From Acidimicrobiia bacterium (GTDB lineage Bacteria > Actinomycetota > Acidimicrobiia > Spongiisociales > UBA5794): 64,000 nucleotides of DNA. Position 1 is the stretch's first letter; each line of letters opens with the position of its first letter. The notes beneath the pieces were generated by a model that saw nothing but the letters and a program-made list of their open reading frames with translations, made no database searches and had not been told where the DNA came from. Location: the NCBI GenBank assembly GCA_030065575.1, contig JASJDZ010000005.1, positions 1,114 through 65,113 of the forward strand. The letters run 5' to 3'. Positions 21,861-32,000 of the stretch are shown here, in pieces. The position numbers were made by a program, and so were the translations under genes.

Positions 21861-23141
21861 ATGCGCAGACGGTTCCTCTTCTCGGTCCTGGCTTCGGATC
21901 TCATTGCTCTCGTCGTCGCCGTGCTCCTGGGCTCGGTGATCACGTTTGGCGAGCCGATTCCGTGGCTTGCGACACGATCCGATCAGAACGTGTGGCCGAT
22001 GCTGGGCCTGCTCTTTGGCGGTGCCTTGCTCGGGTCTTACACCAGCCTTCGGATGTGGGTACAGGGCGCACCACGGCCTTCCTACGGACGGGCGCTGGCG
22101 ATCGTCTCGATCGCTGCTGCATTCACCGCTCTCGGTATTGCCTTCGGCCGCCCTTCTTATTGGTCGCGGGCATATCTGGCTACAACAATCGGCCTCTGGC
22201 TTGTCGGTGCTGTGGTCCACCGCTACCTCCGCCGCCGCCGACCGTGGGCCGAGGATCTCGTCATTGTCACGGGGGAGAAGGGCCTTGTTGAGGACCTGCG
22301 TGACGCTGAGCACACCAATGTCTTGGAGGTATACGATCCCGCCGGCGAGCCTCCGGTTGAAGTCGATGTGAACTCGACGCTGATCGTTGATCTCCGGCCG
22401 GTGATGTCAGATCGGATGGCTCAGTTTGTCTCGTCGTGGAATCTGGCGGGTTACCCGGTTCGGGCGCTATCGACGGTATACGAGGAATACACCGGCCGGC
22501 TACCGATGGTCCACCTGGCCGAGGGATGGGAGTTGTCGGCTCCGGTCAGTCGAAATGAGTACGCAGGCTTCAAGCGGGGGATCGATACCGTTCTGGTGCT
22601 CTTGACCTCTCCGTTGTGGATTCTGCTGGCGGCCTCGATATGGATTGCCGTCCGGCTCGACTCGAAGGGCCCGGCCATCTACCGGCAGGATCGGATGGGG
22701 CGTGATGGTGAGCAATTCACTCTCTACAAGTTCCGGACGATGGTGCTCGATGCTGAGGCCGACGGGCCCCAGTTCGCTACGCAGAACGACGCCCGGCTCA
22801 CCAACATGGGCCGGCTGCTTCGTCGATTTCGCATTGATGAGATTCCGCAGCTGCTCAACGTCCTGAAGGGTGATCTCAGCCTGGTCGGACCCCGACCCGA
22901 GCGTCCGGTGTTCGTCGACCAGTTCGAGCGCTCGATCCCCTTCTACAGCTACCGGCACCTGGTGCGACCGGGAGTCACCGGCTGGGCTCAGGTGAACTTC
23001 GGCTACGCCGACAACGAGCGAGAAACCGTTGAGAAGCTCACCTACGACCTCTACTACGTCAAGCACATGTCGCCCTGGCTGGATCTGTCGATCCTCGGCC
23101 GGTCGATGTGGACCGTGATGAGCGGATTTGGCGCCAAGTGA
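21861..23141 (+). CDS. Polyprenyl-phosphate sugar-1-phosphate transferase (WbaP/EpsL-type bacterial sugar transferase)
   Basis: Four N-terminal TM spans then the conserved C-terminal domain (KRGIDTVLVLL...PAIYRQDRMGRDGEQFTLYKFRTM...DEIPQLLNVLKGDLSLVGPRPERP). Confidence 0.88.
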   Translation: MRRRFLFSVLASDLIALVVAVLLGSVITFGEPIPWLATRSDQNVWPMLGLLFGGALLGSYTSLRMWVQGAPRPSYGRALAIVSIAAAFTALGIAFGRPSYWSRAYLATTIGLWLVGAVVHRYLRRRRPWAEDLVIVTGEKGLVEDLRDAEHTNVLEVYDPAGEPPVEVDVNSTLIVDLRPVMSDRMAQFVSSWNLAGYPVRALSTVYEEYTGRLPMVHLAEGWELSAPVSRNEYAGFKRGIDTVLVLLTSPLWILLAASIWIAVRLDSKGPAIYRQDRMGRDGEQFTLYKFRTMVLDAEADGPQFATQNDARLTNMGRLLRRFRIDEIPQLLNVLKGDLSLVGPRPERPVFVDQFERSIPFYSYRHLVRPGVTGWAQVNFGYADNERETVEKLTYDLYYVKHMSPWLDLSILGRSMWTVMSGFGAK

Positions 23142-23169
23142 GTTGGACCCGCCATCCGGCGGGCCCAAC
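23142..23169. terminator. Bidirectional GC-rich hairpin between convergent genes (12-bp stem with one mismatch, 4-nt loop; no U-tract)
   Basis: GTTGGACCCGCC-ATCC-GGCGGGCCCAAC starts 1 nt after the transferase stop and ends 24 nt before the stop of the opposite-strand S-layer-like gene. Confidence 0.45.
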
Positions 23170-23192
23170 TGCATCGTCGATCGATTATCCAG

Positions 23193-26156
23193 CTACGGTC
23201 GAAGGTCCGCGGCCCGTTGCAGGAAGGCGGCCATCTGGCCCCGGGTCACAAATGAGTTCGGGCAGAACTTGGTGTTGCCCTCTGCGGGGTTGCAGCCCTT
23301 GGTGATCCCGGCAGTCGCCAGCTTGTCGATGTCGTTCTCGAAGATCGAGGTGTCGTCATCGATGAAAAGGTTGCCTGCGCCCGCATCGGTCAGCTTGAGG
23401 GCTCTGACCAAGAACGCGGCCATCTGGCCCCGGGTCACGAATGAGTTCGGGCAGAACTTGGTGTTGCCCTCTGCGGGGTTGCAGCCCTTTGTGATCCCTG
23501 CCGTCGCCAGCTTGTCGATATCGAACCTGAAGATCGACGTGTCATCATCGATGAACAGGTCGCCGGCACCGCCGTCGGTGAGGCCCAGGAAACGGACCAG
23601 GAATGCCGCCATCTGTCCTCGCGTGACGTTGGCAAGCGGACAGAACGAGGTGCCATCCTGGGTGCATCCCTTCGTGACGCCTTCCTCCGCCAACCACAGG
23701 ATGTTGTCGACGAAGATGCTGCCTTCGATGTCGCCCATCACGGTGAAGTCGATGAAGAAGGCGATGCGATCGTTGCCCTGGTTGAGGTCATCACCAACAC
23801 GAGCCCAGATGATGTAGTTGCCACCTTCGGTGGGGGTGAACTCGAAGGTGTCCTCCGTGCCGAGAATCCCTGGGACCTCGACGAAGTCCTTCAACACCCG
23901 CCATTCGTAGGTGGGCTCACCAGAGCTGCTGTTAGTGATGGCCTCGAATGTCGCCGTGACTCCCGGGGCACCGAACGACGGCCCTTCGATGCTGACCTCG
24001 AGCTCGTCGGAGTCGGTGATGTTGACCACGACACTATCGACGGCAATGGGGCTGAAATTCGGATCTGTTGTCGTGACTGCGTGCGTGATCGAGACCGAGT
24101 GGATGTCCGGTTCCTCGATGTTGTCCTGTACTCCTGTTACCGAGAACTCCTGGAACACGTCCCAGGTGCCCGGGGTGAACGTGAGACTTGCCGGAGTGAC
24201 TGCGATCTGGTCAGAGTCGAACGAAACGGTGACGGTCACGTTGGCGGCAGGCTCAGCGTCGAGCACCACCCGGTATGTGTCGGCGATGCCGCCCTCGATA
24301 ACGTCAGTTGACCCAAGGGTCTCGGTGATCGTGACACCGGCCTCATCGTCATCCTCGATGGTGACTGTCACCGCCTGGTCGTCGGCGACGCCTCCGTAGC
24401 CGCCGCCGCTTGCCGAGTGGTTGATCGTTCCGGTTTGCTGCCCGTCGATGATGTCGTCGGGGTTGGCCGCGATCTCTACCGTCTGCACAACGTTGTAGTC
24501 CCCGGAGTCAAAGGTGAGCGGTGTGCTGGTGACGATGCTGAACTCTCCGCCTCCGGATGTGATCGAAAGCGTGACCGTGACTGTGCCGCTCGGCATGGTG
24601 GTGAGAACGACTCCGTAGGTGCCGTTCGTCCCGTCCTCGTTTGCAGTCGGGGCGCCGACGAGGCTGATCGCAGGTGTCTCGTTGTCGATGATCGTCACAT
24701 CCACATCGTCGATCGACAGAGACCCCGTGTAGTTGGGATCGCTTGGCGACGAGGCGGAATGCTCGATGGTCCCGCTAGTTGTGCCGTCGGCCACCAGGTC
24801 ATCGTCGGCCGAGACAGTGACCGTGATCGGGTTGTCCCAGTTCGTGTCGTCGAAGTCCAGAGTGGAGTCGTTGACGCTGAACTCGCCACCGTTCGTAAGC
24901 GACAGTGTGATCCGCACGTCGTCTACGGGCTCGCTGGTCAGTTCCACCTCATAGGTTGCGTTGCTGCCGTTCTCTGTGACCGAGACCGCAGTGGGAGTGA
25001 TCGTCACGCCGGCATCATCGTTGTCGGTAATGGTGATGCCGACATCTGCGAAGTCTCCGATTCCGTAGTTGCCGTCACCGGATGCCGCTGATAGTGAGAT
25101 GTTGCCGTTGGCTCCGTCGTCGTCGATGTCATCATCGACGGCCGTGACCGTGACACTCTGTGCGATGAACCAGTCAGCGTCGGTGAAGGTGAGCGTGCCA
25201 AGCCCTCCAATCGTGGAGGCGGCCGTTGCCTGCACGTTGTCTGAGCTGATTGTGATCACGACGTTGGCGGTCGGTTGGCTGGTGAGAACGACTGTGAAGT
25301 CGTCTGTTCCGCCCTCTGTCGCTGCGGTGGAACCATCCGACTCAACAACACTTATGCCCGCCGTGTCGTCGTCGGTGATGGTTGCGGTGCCGGTGGCTTT
25401 GCTGATGGTGGCGTTCGATGGGGAGGACAGGTCAACATCAAACGTCTCGACACCCTCGGCAATCTGGTCGTTGGTGAGGGTGATGACGATGGTGTCGGTG
25501 GTGGCTCCTGAACCGATTGAGATGGTGCCGGTGTCGGCGGTGTAATCGGCTGGTGAGGTTGCGGTTCCGTTGGAGGTGGCCCAGTTGGCGGTGACCGTTT
25601 GGGTTGTTGCTCCGGTGCGGGTCACGGTGAACGTTGCAGTTCCGTCGTTTTCGTCGACAGCTATGTCATTGATCGCAATCGACGGAGTATCACTCGCATC
25701 TGTGATTGTGACGGTGTGCGAAGCGTGTGTGCCGATCGTGGCACCACTTGGGGACGTCAGGGTGAGAATGATGGTCTCACCTGGATCGAAGGTGGAGTCA
25801 TCCACGAGAGAGATCACAACATCGTGTGTCGCGCCGCTGGCGGGCGATCCCGATGCAAGAAACTCAACGGCGGTTCCGGAGATTGTGTAGTCCCCGGGAT
25901 CATCCGCCGAACCGCTCACCGACACCGTGGCGGTCACATCACCTGAAAACGAGGTGTCGTAGGTCAGCGTGACGGGAACCGTATACGTCCCACCTCCGAC
26001 GTCCTCGGCGACGCTCGAGGAGTTGGTGGCGAAGAAGATGGACTCGTTAGCGGCCCCCGCTACAGGCGCGTTGAAGCTAACGGCGAGGAGGGAAGCGACT
26101 AGTGACATCACGGCCACCAGAACGATCCGACGGTTGGTGAGTGACAACTGATTCAT
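23193..26156 (-). CDS. Secreted S-layer-like protein: signal peptide, about 6-7 Calx-beta-like repeats, PKD-like domain, three C-terminal SLH-like domains
   Basis: MNQLSLTNRRIVLVAVMSLVASLLAVSFNAPVAGA signal. Repeated ...GTATSPADYT...DDxxxEGxETF-type units. Three repeats of DKLATAGITKGC...FCP...VTRGQMAAFL. GAGGAG SD 8 nt upstream of the ATG. Confidence 0.85.
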   Translation of the reverse strand: MNQLSLTNRRIVLVAVMSLVASLLAVSFNAPVAGAANESIFFATNSSSVAEDVGGGTYTVPVTLTYDTSFSGDVTATVSVSGSADDPGDYTISGTAVEFLASGSPASGATHDVVISLVDDSTFDPGETIILTLTSPSGATIGTHASHTVTITDASDTPSIAINDIAVDENDGTATFTVTRTGATTQTVTANWATSNGTATSPADYTADTGTISIGSGATTDTIVITLTNDQIAEGVETFDVDLSSPSNATISKATGTATITDDDTAGISVVESDGSTAATEGGTDDFTVVLTSQPTANVVITISSDNVQATAASTIGGLGTLTFTDADWFIAQSVTVTAVDDDIDDDGANGNISLSAASGDGNYGIGDFADVGITITDNDDAGVTITPTAVSVTENGSNATYEVELTSEPVDDVRITLSLTNGGEFSVNDSTLDFDDTNWDNPITVTVSADDDLVADGTTSGTIEHSASSPSDPNYTGSLSIDDVDVTIIDNETPAISLVGAPTANEDGTNGTYGVVLTTMPSGTVTVTLSITSGGGEFSIVTSTPLTFDSGDYNVVQTVEIAANPDDIIDGQQTGTINHSASGGGYGGVADDQAVTVTIEDDDEAGVTITETLGSTDVIEGGIADTYRVVLDAEPAANVTVTVSFDSDQIAVTPASLTFTPGTWDVFQEFSVTGVQDNIEEPDIHSVSITHAVTTTDPNFSPIAVDSVVVNITDSDELEVSIEGPSFGAPGVTATFEAITNSSSGEPTYEWRVLKDFVEVPGILGTEDTFEFTPTEGGNYIIWARVGDDLNQGNDRIAFFIDFTVMGDIEGSIFVDNILWLAEEGVTKGCTQDGTSFCPLANVTRGQMAAFLVRFLGLTDGGAGDLFIDDDTSIFRFDIDKLATAGITKGCNPAEGNTKFCPNSFVTRGQMAAFLVRALKLTDAGAGNLFIDDDTSIFENDIDKLATAGITKGCNPAEGNTKFCPNSFVTRGQMAAFLQRAADLRP
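23227..23519 (-). repeat. Intragenic tandem duplication: two 104-bp copies (23227..23330 and 23416..23519), 100/104 identical, period 189 bp, encoding SLH repeats 3 and 2
   Basis: Aligned by eye. Differences at only 4 positions. Confidence 0.85.
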
Positions 26157-26226
26157 CGCTACTTCTCCTCAGGAATATCCCTACCGCAGCTATCCAGTAA
26201 CAGGCTAGCGGGGACCCAGAAGTTGG

Positions 26227-27948
26227 TCACCCCGCTGCCCGATGCAAGAACGCGGCCATTTGCTCTCTTGTGACTAGCGAACGTGGACAAAACTCAGTGT
26301 TGGCGGGCGGATTGCACCCTTTGGTGATTCCGGCGGCGGCGAGTTTCGCAATGTCGTCCTCGAAGATCGATCCATCGTCGTCGATGAACTGGTTGCCACC
26401 GTTGTCGGTCAAGGCATACGCCCGCACCAGAAACGCCGCCATCTGCTCTCTGGTGACTTTGGCGTTGGGACAGAACTTGGTGTTGCCCTCGGCCGGATTG
26501 CACCCTTTGGTGATGCCGGCGGCGGCGAGTTTCGCAATGTCGTCCTCGAAGATCGATCCATCGTCGTCGATGAACATGTTGCCGCCACCGTCGTCGGTGA
26601 GCCCCAGCACCCGCACCAGAAAGGCTGCCATCTCCCCACGGGTCACTGTTGACTCCGGGCAGAACCTCGTGTTGTGGGGCGGATTGCACCCCTTGGTGAC
26701 GTCCTCGGCCTCCAACCACACGATGTCGGTGATGAAGGCACTGGCGGCAATGTCGATGAACGGCAGGGTGTTGCCCGGGTCGCCGATCGCCACTACAAAG
26801 CCGGAACCGCTTCTGCTGATCACCTCGACGGTGGTTCCATCGAGCGTGACGCTTTCGCCGACCTGGAGGACGTGGCCGACCCCGTTCGGGCTCGGCGGTG
26901 CCTGCGTCTGATCGCGGTAGATGCCGGGGCAGGGGTAGTTGAACGACGGGCAGCGATGGTCGACGAGGTAGACCTCCACTCCTTCCCACTCTCCGGGAAT
27001 CGGGTCATAAGTGCTACTGGTTCGGGCGCCCAGGGTGTAGAAGACGCCATCGGTGCCCGTCAAGACGGCGACCATCTGTGTACCAGCCCGATCAAATGGC
27101 TGAAGTTCAACTTCTTCGTATGCGGCGCCGGCAATGACCACATCGCCTGGATCTACCCAGCCCGATTGGTACCGGTTGAACGCCAACGTCCCGTAGGGGA
27201 GAGGTTCGGTCCAACCTCCCAGAGTCTCGTTGCCGCTCATTAGGTCGAGAGGATTGTCGTATTCCGACTGGCCGGAGTTGGAATGCGGCCAGTGCAGCGT
27301 ATGGCCCACTTCGTGTACGGCCACCGAAGGGAACCCAGACAGGGCGTTGGCCCCCACGATCGCATACCGCCCATTGTCCGGGAACGTGGCGCTGATCCAC
27401 TCGCAGTTGCCCTGGTCGAGGCAGATGATCCCCGGAGATGCATATCCACCGCCGGTAATCGAATCGATTATCAACAGCCCTTCCGGAGAACCGACCGTGG
27501 TGTATGCGGGACTCGACCCCTGGAACCCGCCCAGGCAATTGGGATCACCGAGCAGAGTGCCACCGGCCGAGAAGCTGATTTCGTAGCGACCGCCCGAGAT
27601 TGCCGAGTAGTAGTCGGCCATACCGTTCTCGAGATCGGCGATCGCCTCGTTCATGGTGTAGCCCGTATCGCCGCACAACCACACCTCGAAATGGTCAGTG
27701 TCGAGCGAATACCGCTGTACAAAGGGGAGCTTGGGGACGAGGCCGAGCGGGTCGGAGTCAAGGACGCCCTGGGTGCCTATTGCGTCGATAGTGCCGGGCG
27801 GAGCGACGATGGGTGCTTCCCAATCGAGGGGAGCAATATCAGGTTCCAGGTGTGCGCTCGATGCTGCCGCAGATGCGGGCGCGGACGTTGTCAGTCCAGC
27901 AGGAAGAACCAGCAGCAGTGCCGCGGCAAACCCAATCCATCGATGCAT
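26227..27948 (-). CDS. Secreted zincin (HEXXH) metalloprotease-like protein with three C-terminal SLH-like domains
   Basis: ATG at 27948 gives signal peptide MHRWIGFAAALLLVLPAGLTTSAPASA. VAVHEVGHTLHWPHS...DLMSG (resembles the M6/InhA-type arrangement from memory). Three SLH-like repeats (VTRGEMAAFL, VTREQMAAFL x2). Confidence 0.8.
   Translation of the reverse strand: MHRWIGFAAALLLVLPAGLTTSAPASAAASSAHLEPDIAPLDWEAPIVAPPGTIDAIGTQGVLDSDPLGLVPKLPFVQRYSLDTDHFEVWLCGDTGYTMNEAIADLENGMADYYSAISGGRYEISFSAGGTLLGDPNCLGGFQGSSPAYTTVGSPEGLLIIDSITGGGYASPGIICLDQGNCEWISATFPDNGRYAIVGANALSGFPSVAVHEVGHTLHWPHSNSGQSEYDNPLDLMSGNETLGGWTEPLPYGTLAFNRYQSGWVDPGDVVIAGAAYEEVELQPFDRAGTQMVAVLTGTDGVFYTLGARTSSTYDPIPGEWEGVEVYLVDHRCPSFNYPCPGIYRDQTQAPPSPNGVGHVLQVGESVTLDGTTVEVISRSGSGFVVAIGDPGNTLPFIDIAASAFITDIVWLEAEDVTKGCNPPHNTRFCPESTVTRGEMAAFLVRVLGLTDDGGGNMFIDDDGSIFEDDIAKLAAAGITKGCNPAEGNTKFCPNAKVTREQMAAFLVRAYALTDNGGNQFIDDDGSIFEDDIAKLAAAGITKGCNPPANTEFCPRSLVTREQMAAFLHRAAG
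26311..26575 (-). repeat. Intragenic tandem duplication: two 79-bp copies (26311..26389 and 26497..26575), 78/79 identical, period 186 bp, inside the SLH region
   Basis: Aligned by eye. Single T/G difference. Confidence 0.85.
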
Positions 27949-28047
27949 CAAACGACGCCCTTTCGTCCGGGGACGCCTTCCTAGCCCGATGCCCCCCCGA
28001 CGGTGTCGACAATAGTCACACTCGGCGGCTACCAATAGGGGCAATTC

Positions 28048-28053
28048 CTATAC
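28048..28053 (+). promoter_or_regulatory. -10-like hexamer TATACT, 7 nt upstream of GTG 28061
   Basis: TATACT-cgccggg-GTG. Partly overlaps a 5-bp inverted repeat ATAGG-N7-CCTAT (28034..28050). Confidence 0.35.
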
Positions 28054-28060
28054 TCGCCGG

Positions 28061-29020
28061 GTGTTTCTCACCAGGCCCCAACGGGTCTTTGCGATCCTGC
28101 TCAACTACCAGAATCCATCCGACACGCTGCGGTGTGTTTCGTCGCTGCGCCGCAGCACCATGAGGGGGATCTTCCCTGTTGTCATCGACAACGCCTCCGG
28201 CAATGGTGACAGCGAACAGTTGCAGGATGTCCTCGGCCCGGGCATCCCTGTGCTCGAAAGCCCGGAGAACCGTGGATACGCGGCGGGGAACAACATCGGG
28301 ATTCGCCACGCCCTCGATCGGGATGCGGACTACGTCTGGATCCTGAACCCGGACACGACCGTCGAAACCGACACCCTGCAGGGCCTGTTGACCACGATGG
28401 CGCTACATCCCGACGCGGGGTTCGTTGGTCCGGTGAATCTGATCGGAGATTCCGATCCGGCGTCCATCCAGTCGGCTGGAGGCAGAATCGACTGGGAGAG
28501 TGGGGCTGTCGCCGAGAGCTTCGATCGCGGCCGGGCCTACGCAGCTCGACCGAGGCGTGACCCATATGAGGTCGACTACGTGCAGGGCTCGAGCATGCTT
28601 GTCCGCCGGGCCGTATTCGAGGACATCGGCTTGTTGCCCGAGCACTACTTCCTGTACTTCGAAGAGACTGACCTGCAGGTGACGGCTTCTCGGCGTGGCT
28701 GGAAGAGCATCATCAACCCCCTGGCCAGGGCCTGGCACTTTCAAGGCTCAGCGACTCACCTGCCTGCGCCCTACTACACGTACTACTACATACGCGGCCG
28801 GATCCTGTTTGCCCGCAAGTTCACCGACTCCTCAGACGAGACGATTCGACGCGGGTTGAACGGCTTCATCAACGGATGGCGGTCACGCGTACGGGAACGA
28901 GCACCCGATTGGCTTGACGCACACAACACACTGGTCGAGTGGGCACTGGCCGACGGCTACGCAGGCGTCACCGGCGCTCGTGATGACGTCAACGCAATGC
29001 GAAGGCCGGGGATCCAGTGA
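28061..29020 (+). CDS. Family 2 glycosyltransferase (rhamnosyltransferase-like architecture)
   Basis: VFAILLNYQN...VIDNASGNGD...ENRGYAAGNNIG...WILNPDT pattern typical of GT2. Confidence 0.85.
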   Translation: MFLTRPQRVFAILLNYQNPSDTLRCVSSLRRSTMRGIFPVVIDNASGNGDSEQLQDVLGPGIPVLESPENRGYAAGNNIGIRHALDRDADYVWILNPDTTVETDTLQGLLTTMALHPDAGFVGPVNLIGDSDPASIQSAGGRIDWESGAVAESFDRGRAYAARPRRDPYEVDYVQGSSMLVRRAVFEDIGLLPEHYFLYFEETDLQVTASRRGWKSIINPLARAWHFQGSATHLPAPYYTYYYIRGRILFARKFTDSSDETIRRGLNGFINGWRSRVRERAPDWLDAHNTLVEWALADGYAGVTGARDDVNAMRRPGIQ

Positions 29021-32000
29021 CGTACGAGTACGACTTCGATCCGGCGGAACCGAACAACACCGCAGCCGCTGTTTACCGCCAGGCGCTCCGGGGAGGGAAC
29101 CGGGTGCTCGATCTGGGGAGTGGGCCGGGCATAGTTTCTGCCCGCCTGACAGCCAACGATGGCAGAGAGGTCGTGTGCGTTGATCGGTCGGCTGAAGCGC
29201 TCGAAGCCGCTCGCCGCCGCGGGATTGAATCAGTAGTCGAAGCCGACCTCGCCGACCCCGCCTGGGTCGATTCCGTACCCGGGGGTGAGTTCGACGTGAT
29301 CATCATGGCCGACGTCCTCGAGCACCTCGTGGACCCGGCCGCGCTCCTGCAGTGTATTGCGGACAGAAACCTGCTCACGGGAGACGGGAAGCTGGTCATT
29401 TCCATCCCGAACGCGGGCCACGAGGCAGTGCTGGCCGAGCTGATGAGAGGCCGGTTCACCTACGAGGAAACGGGACTGCTCGACTCGACGCATCTGCGCT
29501 TCTTCACCCTGGCCAGCCTTCGTGAGTTGCTCGAGCGTTCGGGGTTCTTCATAACGACGGTGGAGCGCACAAGACGGACAGCCGAGCAGACTTCCCTGGC
29601 AGTCCGCGACGTGACGTTGCCGGCGGACCTGCGCGATCGGGTCTTGGAGGCAGCGGCTGAGGCACAGACTTATCAATTCATCGTTAGCGCCCGCCATGCG
29701 GATGCGGCAGCCGAGCTTGCAGATGTGCGGGAGGACCTGAGGATCGTGAGAGCTCAGCTTGCGGAGCAAGATCGGGTCGCGGTTGCCAATGAGGAATCCG
29801 ATCTGAGGGCTGAACGTGACGCCGCGACCGCCCGGGCGGCGGCATCACAGCGCGAGCAAGAGAGACTGGAGCTGGAGAAGCGCCAGATCGAACATCGGCT
29901 GTCTGAGGTGGAGTCGGCCCTCGATCGGGAGCGCAAGCTCACAGCCGCGGAGAGAAAACGTTGCGAAGAGTTGCTGAAGAGTGCGAAACGACAAGCTGCA
30001 GCTGCACCGAGCACCGAGGCTAGCCGCACGATTGCCCGGTTGGAGAAGCAACTGGATGACATCTACGCGTCAAACACGTGGAGGGTGGGGCGTGCCGCCT
30101 GGACCGCCTTCCACGCGCCGGCTCGGCTGTTGAGGAAGTGGCGTCGCTCGCCGGAGACATCTTCTGCGGCTCCATCGGGGCCGGCCGCCGTGCAGAATCC
30201 TGCTGACTACCACCTCAGCGAAGACATAGCTGTGCGGCGGGAGTACGAGCGGGCCCTTGCCCGCACGGAGTTCTCCGGGACGAAGCGCAATGTTGCGTTT
30301 GCCGTCTACACGACCGATCTCGACGAGGGTCGCGGGGATCTGTTCACCGCGGTGGGCCTAGGACGGGAGTTGGAGCGAAACGGATTCGAGGTGGTCTACC
30401 TCCCACAGGAGCAGTGGTACGAGTTGCCTCCGTCTACCGAGATCGTCGTTGCGATGCTCGAAACGTTCGATTGCAGCAGGGCGCCGGCGGAGGTGACGAA
30501 GGTGGCGTGGATCCGCAATCAGACTGATGTGTGGATCCGGCAGGCGTGCCTGCCGCTGTTTGACATCGTGCTGGCGTCGTCGGAGGCGACGCGCCAGCGG
30601 GTGGCTTCGACTTACCCGGGACCGATGGCGGTTCTTCCGATCGGGGTCGATGTCGAGCTATTCCGCGGTGAGGCCGACCCTGAGGGCCGCCACGGGGTCG
30701 TCGCAACGGTGAATCAGTGGGGGCGGGAGCGCGAAGTACACGGCTTCCTCAAGGAGAGGAAACCGGATTTCGAGCTGGCTCTCTTCGGCCAGCAGCGAGG
30801 CATGGCAGCCGAGCTGCTTCCGTATGCCCAGGGCCCGGTGTCCTTCTTCAGTCTCCCGTCCCTCTACAGGCAAGCCAGCGTCGTACTCGATGATTTCAAC
30901 CACACCACGGCCCCATACGGAAATGTCAACTCGCGCCTCTTCGAGGCTGTCGCCAGCGGGGCGATCGTGCTGACCAACAGAGGAGCCGGGCTGTCGGTGC
31001 TGGGGCTAGAGGAAGTTGGTGTCTTCTCTACTGCGCGGGAGTTGTTCGAACTGATCGACCAGAACCTCGAGTCTGCAGACGCGTTTGCAGCTGTCGAGAC
31101 GCTGCAGCAAACGGTCCTCGAACGGCACAGCTACAAGCAGCGGGCAATCGAGTTCCAGCAGCATCTGGCCAGCATGGCTGATCACCCAGTCGATGACGCA
31201 GTCGTCATCAGCTACTACCCGGACTATCGAGACAATCCCTTCACGGAGATGCTGTGGTCCGACCTGCGTAGCCGTCGCAGCATTGCCATTCCCGTTGGGA
31301 ATGATCTCAGCTTCACGGCGACGGTTCGAGCCGGCGAGCATCGGCCGACTGTCTTTCATCTCAATTGGACTGCGCCGATTCTTGGCGGCGCAACGGACGA
31401 GCATGATCGGTTGGTGCGCCATCGTCGATTCCTCGAGGCTATCGACGAGATGCACGAGCGCGGTATCCCTTCGGTGTGGACCGTCCACAACGTATTGCCC
31501 CACGAGTGCGCCGATCCTGAGCTCGAAGCGCAGCTTCGACAGGAGATCGCCGACCGGGTCGACATCATTCACGTTATGTGTGAGCAGACGATTGCTGCCT
31601 GCGCTGACTGGTATCAGCTCCCCGATAGCAAGGTCCGGGTCATCCCGCACCCCGGCTACATCGACGTCTACCCGAATCTCTTCGACAGGAGCGCTGCCCG
31701 GCGTGAACTGGGGATCGGCGATGAGGAGTTCGTCTACCTCTGTTTCGGTCAGGTGCGACCGTACAAGGGGATCGATCGGCTGCTCGACGCGTTCGAGAAC
31801 GTTGCGCAGCTGGACACAACTGCGCGACTTCTGCTTGTTGGCAAGCCCGGGCGGTTTGAAGGGATCCGCCAAATCGTCGATCGAGCACGAGCCCATCCCC
31901 AGATAACCGGGTGCCTGAATCCGATTCCCGATAGCGACGTGCAGCTCTATCTGAATGCGGCGAATGCTGTTGTACTTCCGTACCAGACGGCACTGAATAG

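Noticed and set aside
21801-22313. Long N-terminal extension of the SRPBCC ORF (316-aa version)
   Set aside because: It would overlap the opposite-strand phosphoglycosyl transferase by ~450 nt, and the extension is Arg/Pro-rich with no homology pattern. A GTG at 21800 with a -10 hexamer 6 nt upstream gives a normal 145-aa SRPBCC protein.
23128-23817. 229-aa plus-strand ORF with internal repeats (also 26270..26911, 213 aa)
   Set aside because: Its repeats are simply the antisense image of the SLH-coding tandem repeats. The minus-strand frames have signal peptides, SD sites and domain structure.
23227-26575. Possible CRISPR array or mobile repeat because of near-identical repeated DNA
   Set aside because: The repeats are 79-104 bp, in-frame, only two copies each, and encode SLH domain units. 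There is no spacer/repeat regularity and no cas genes.
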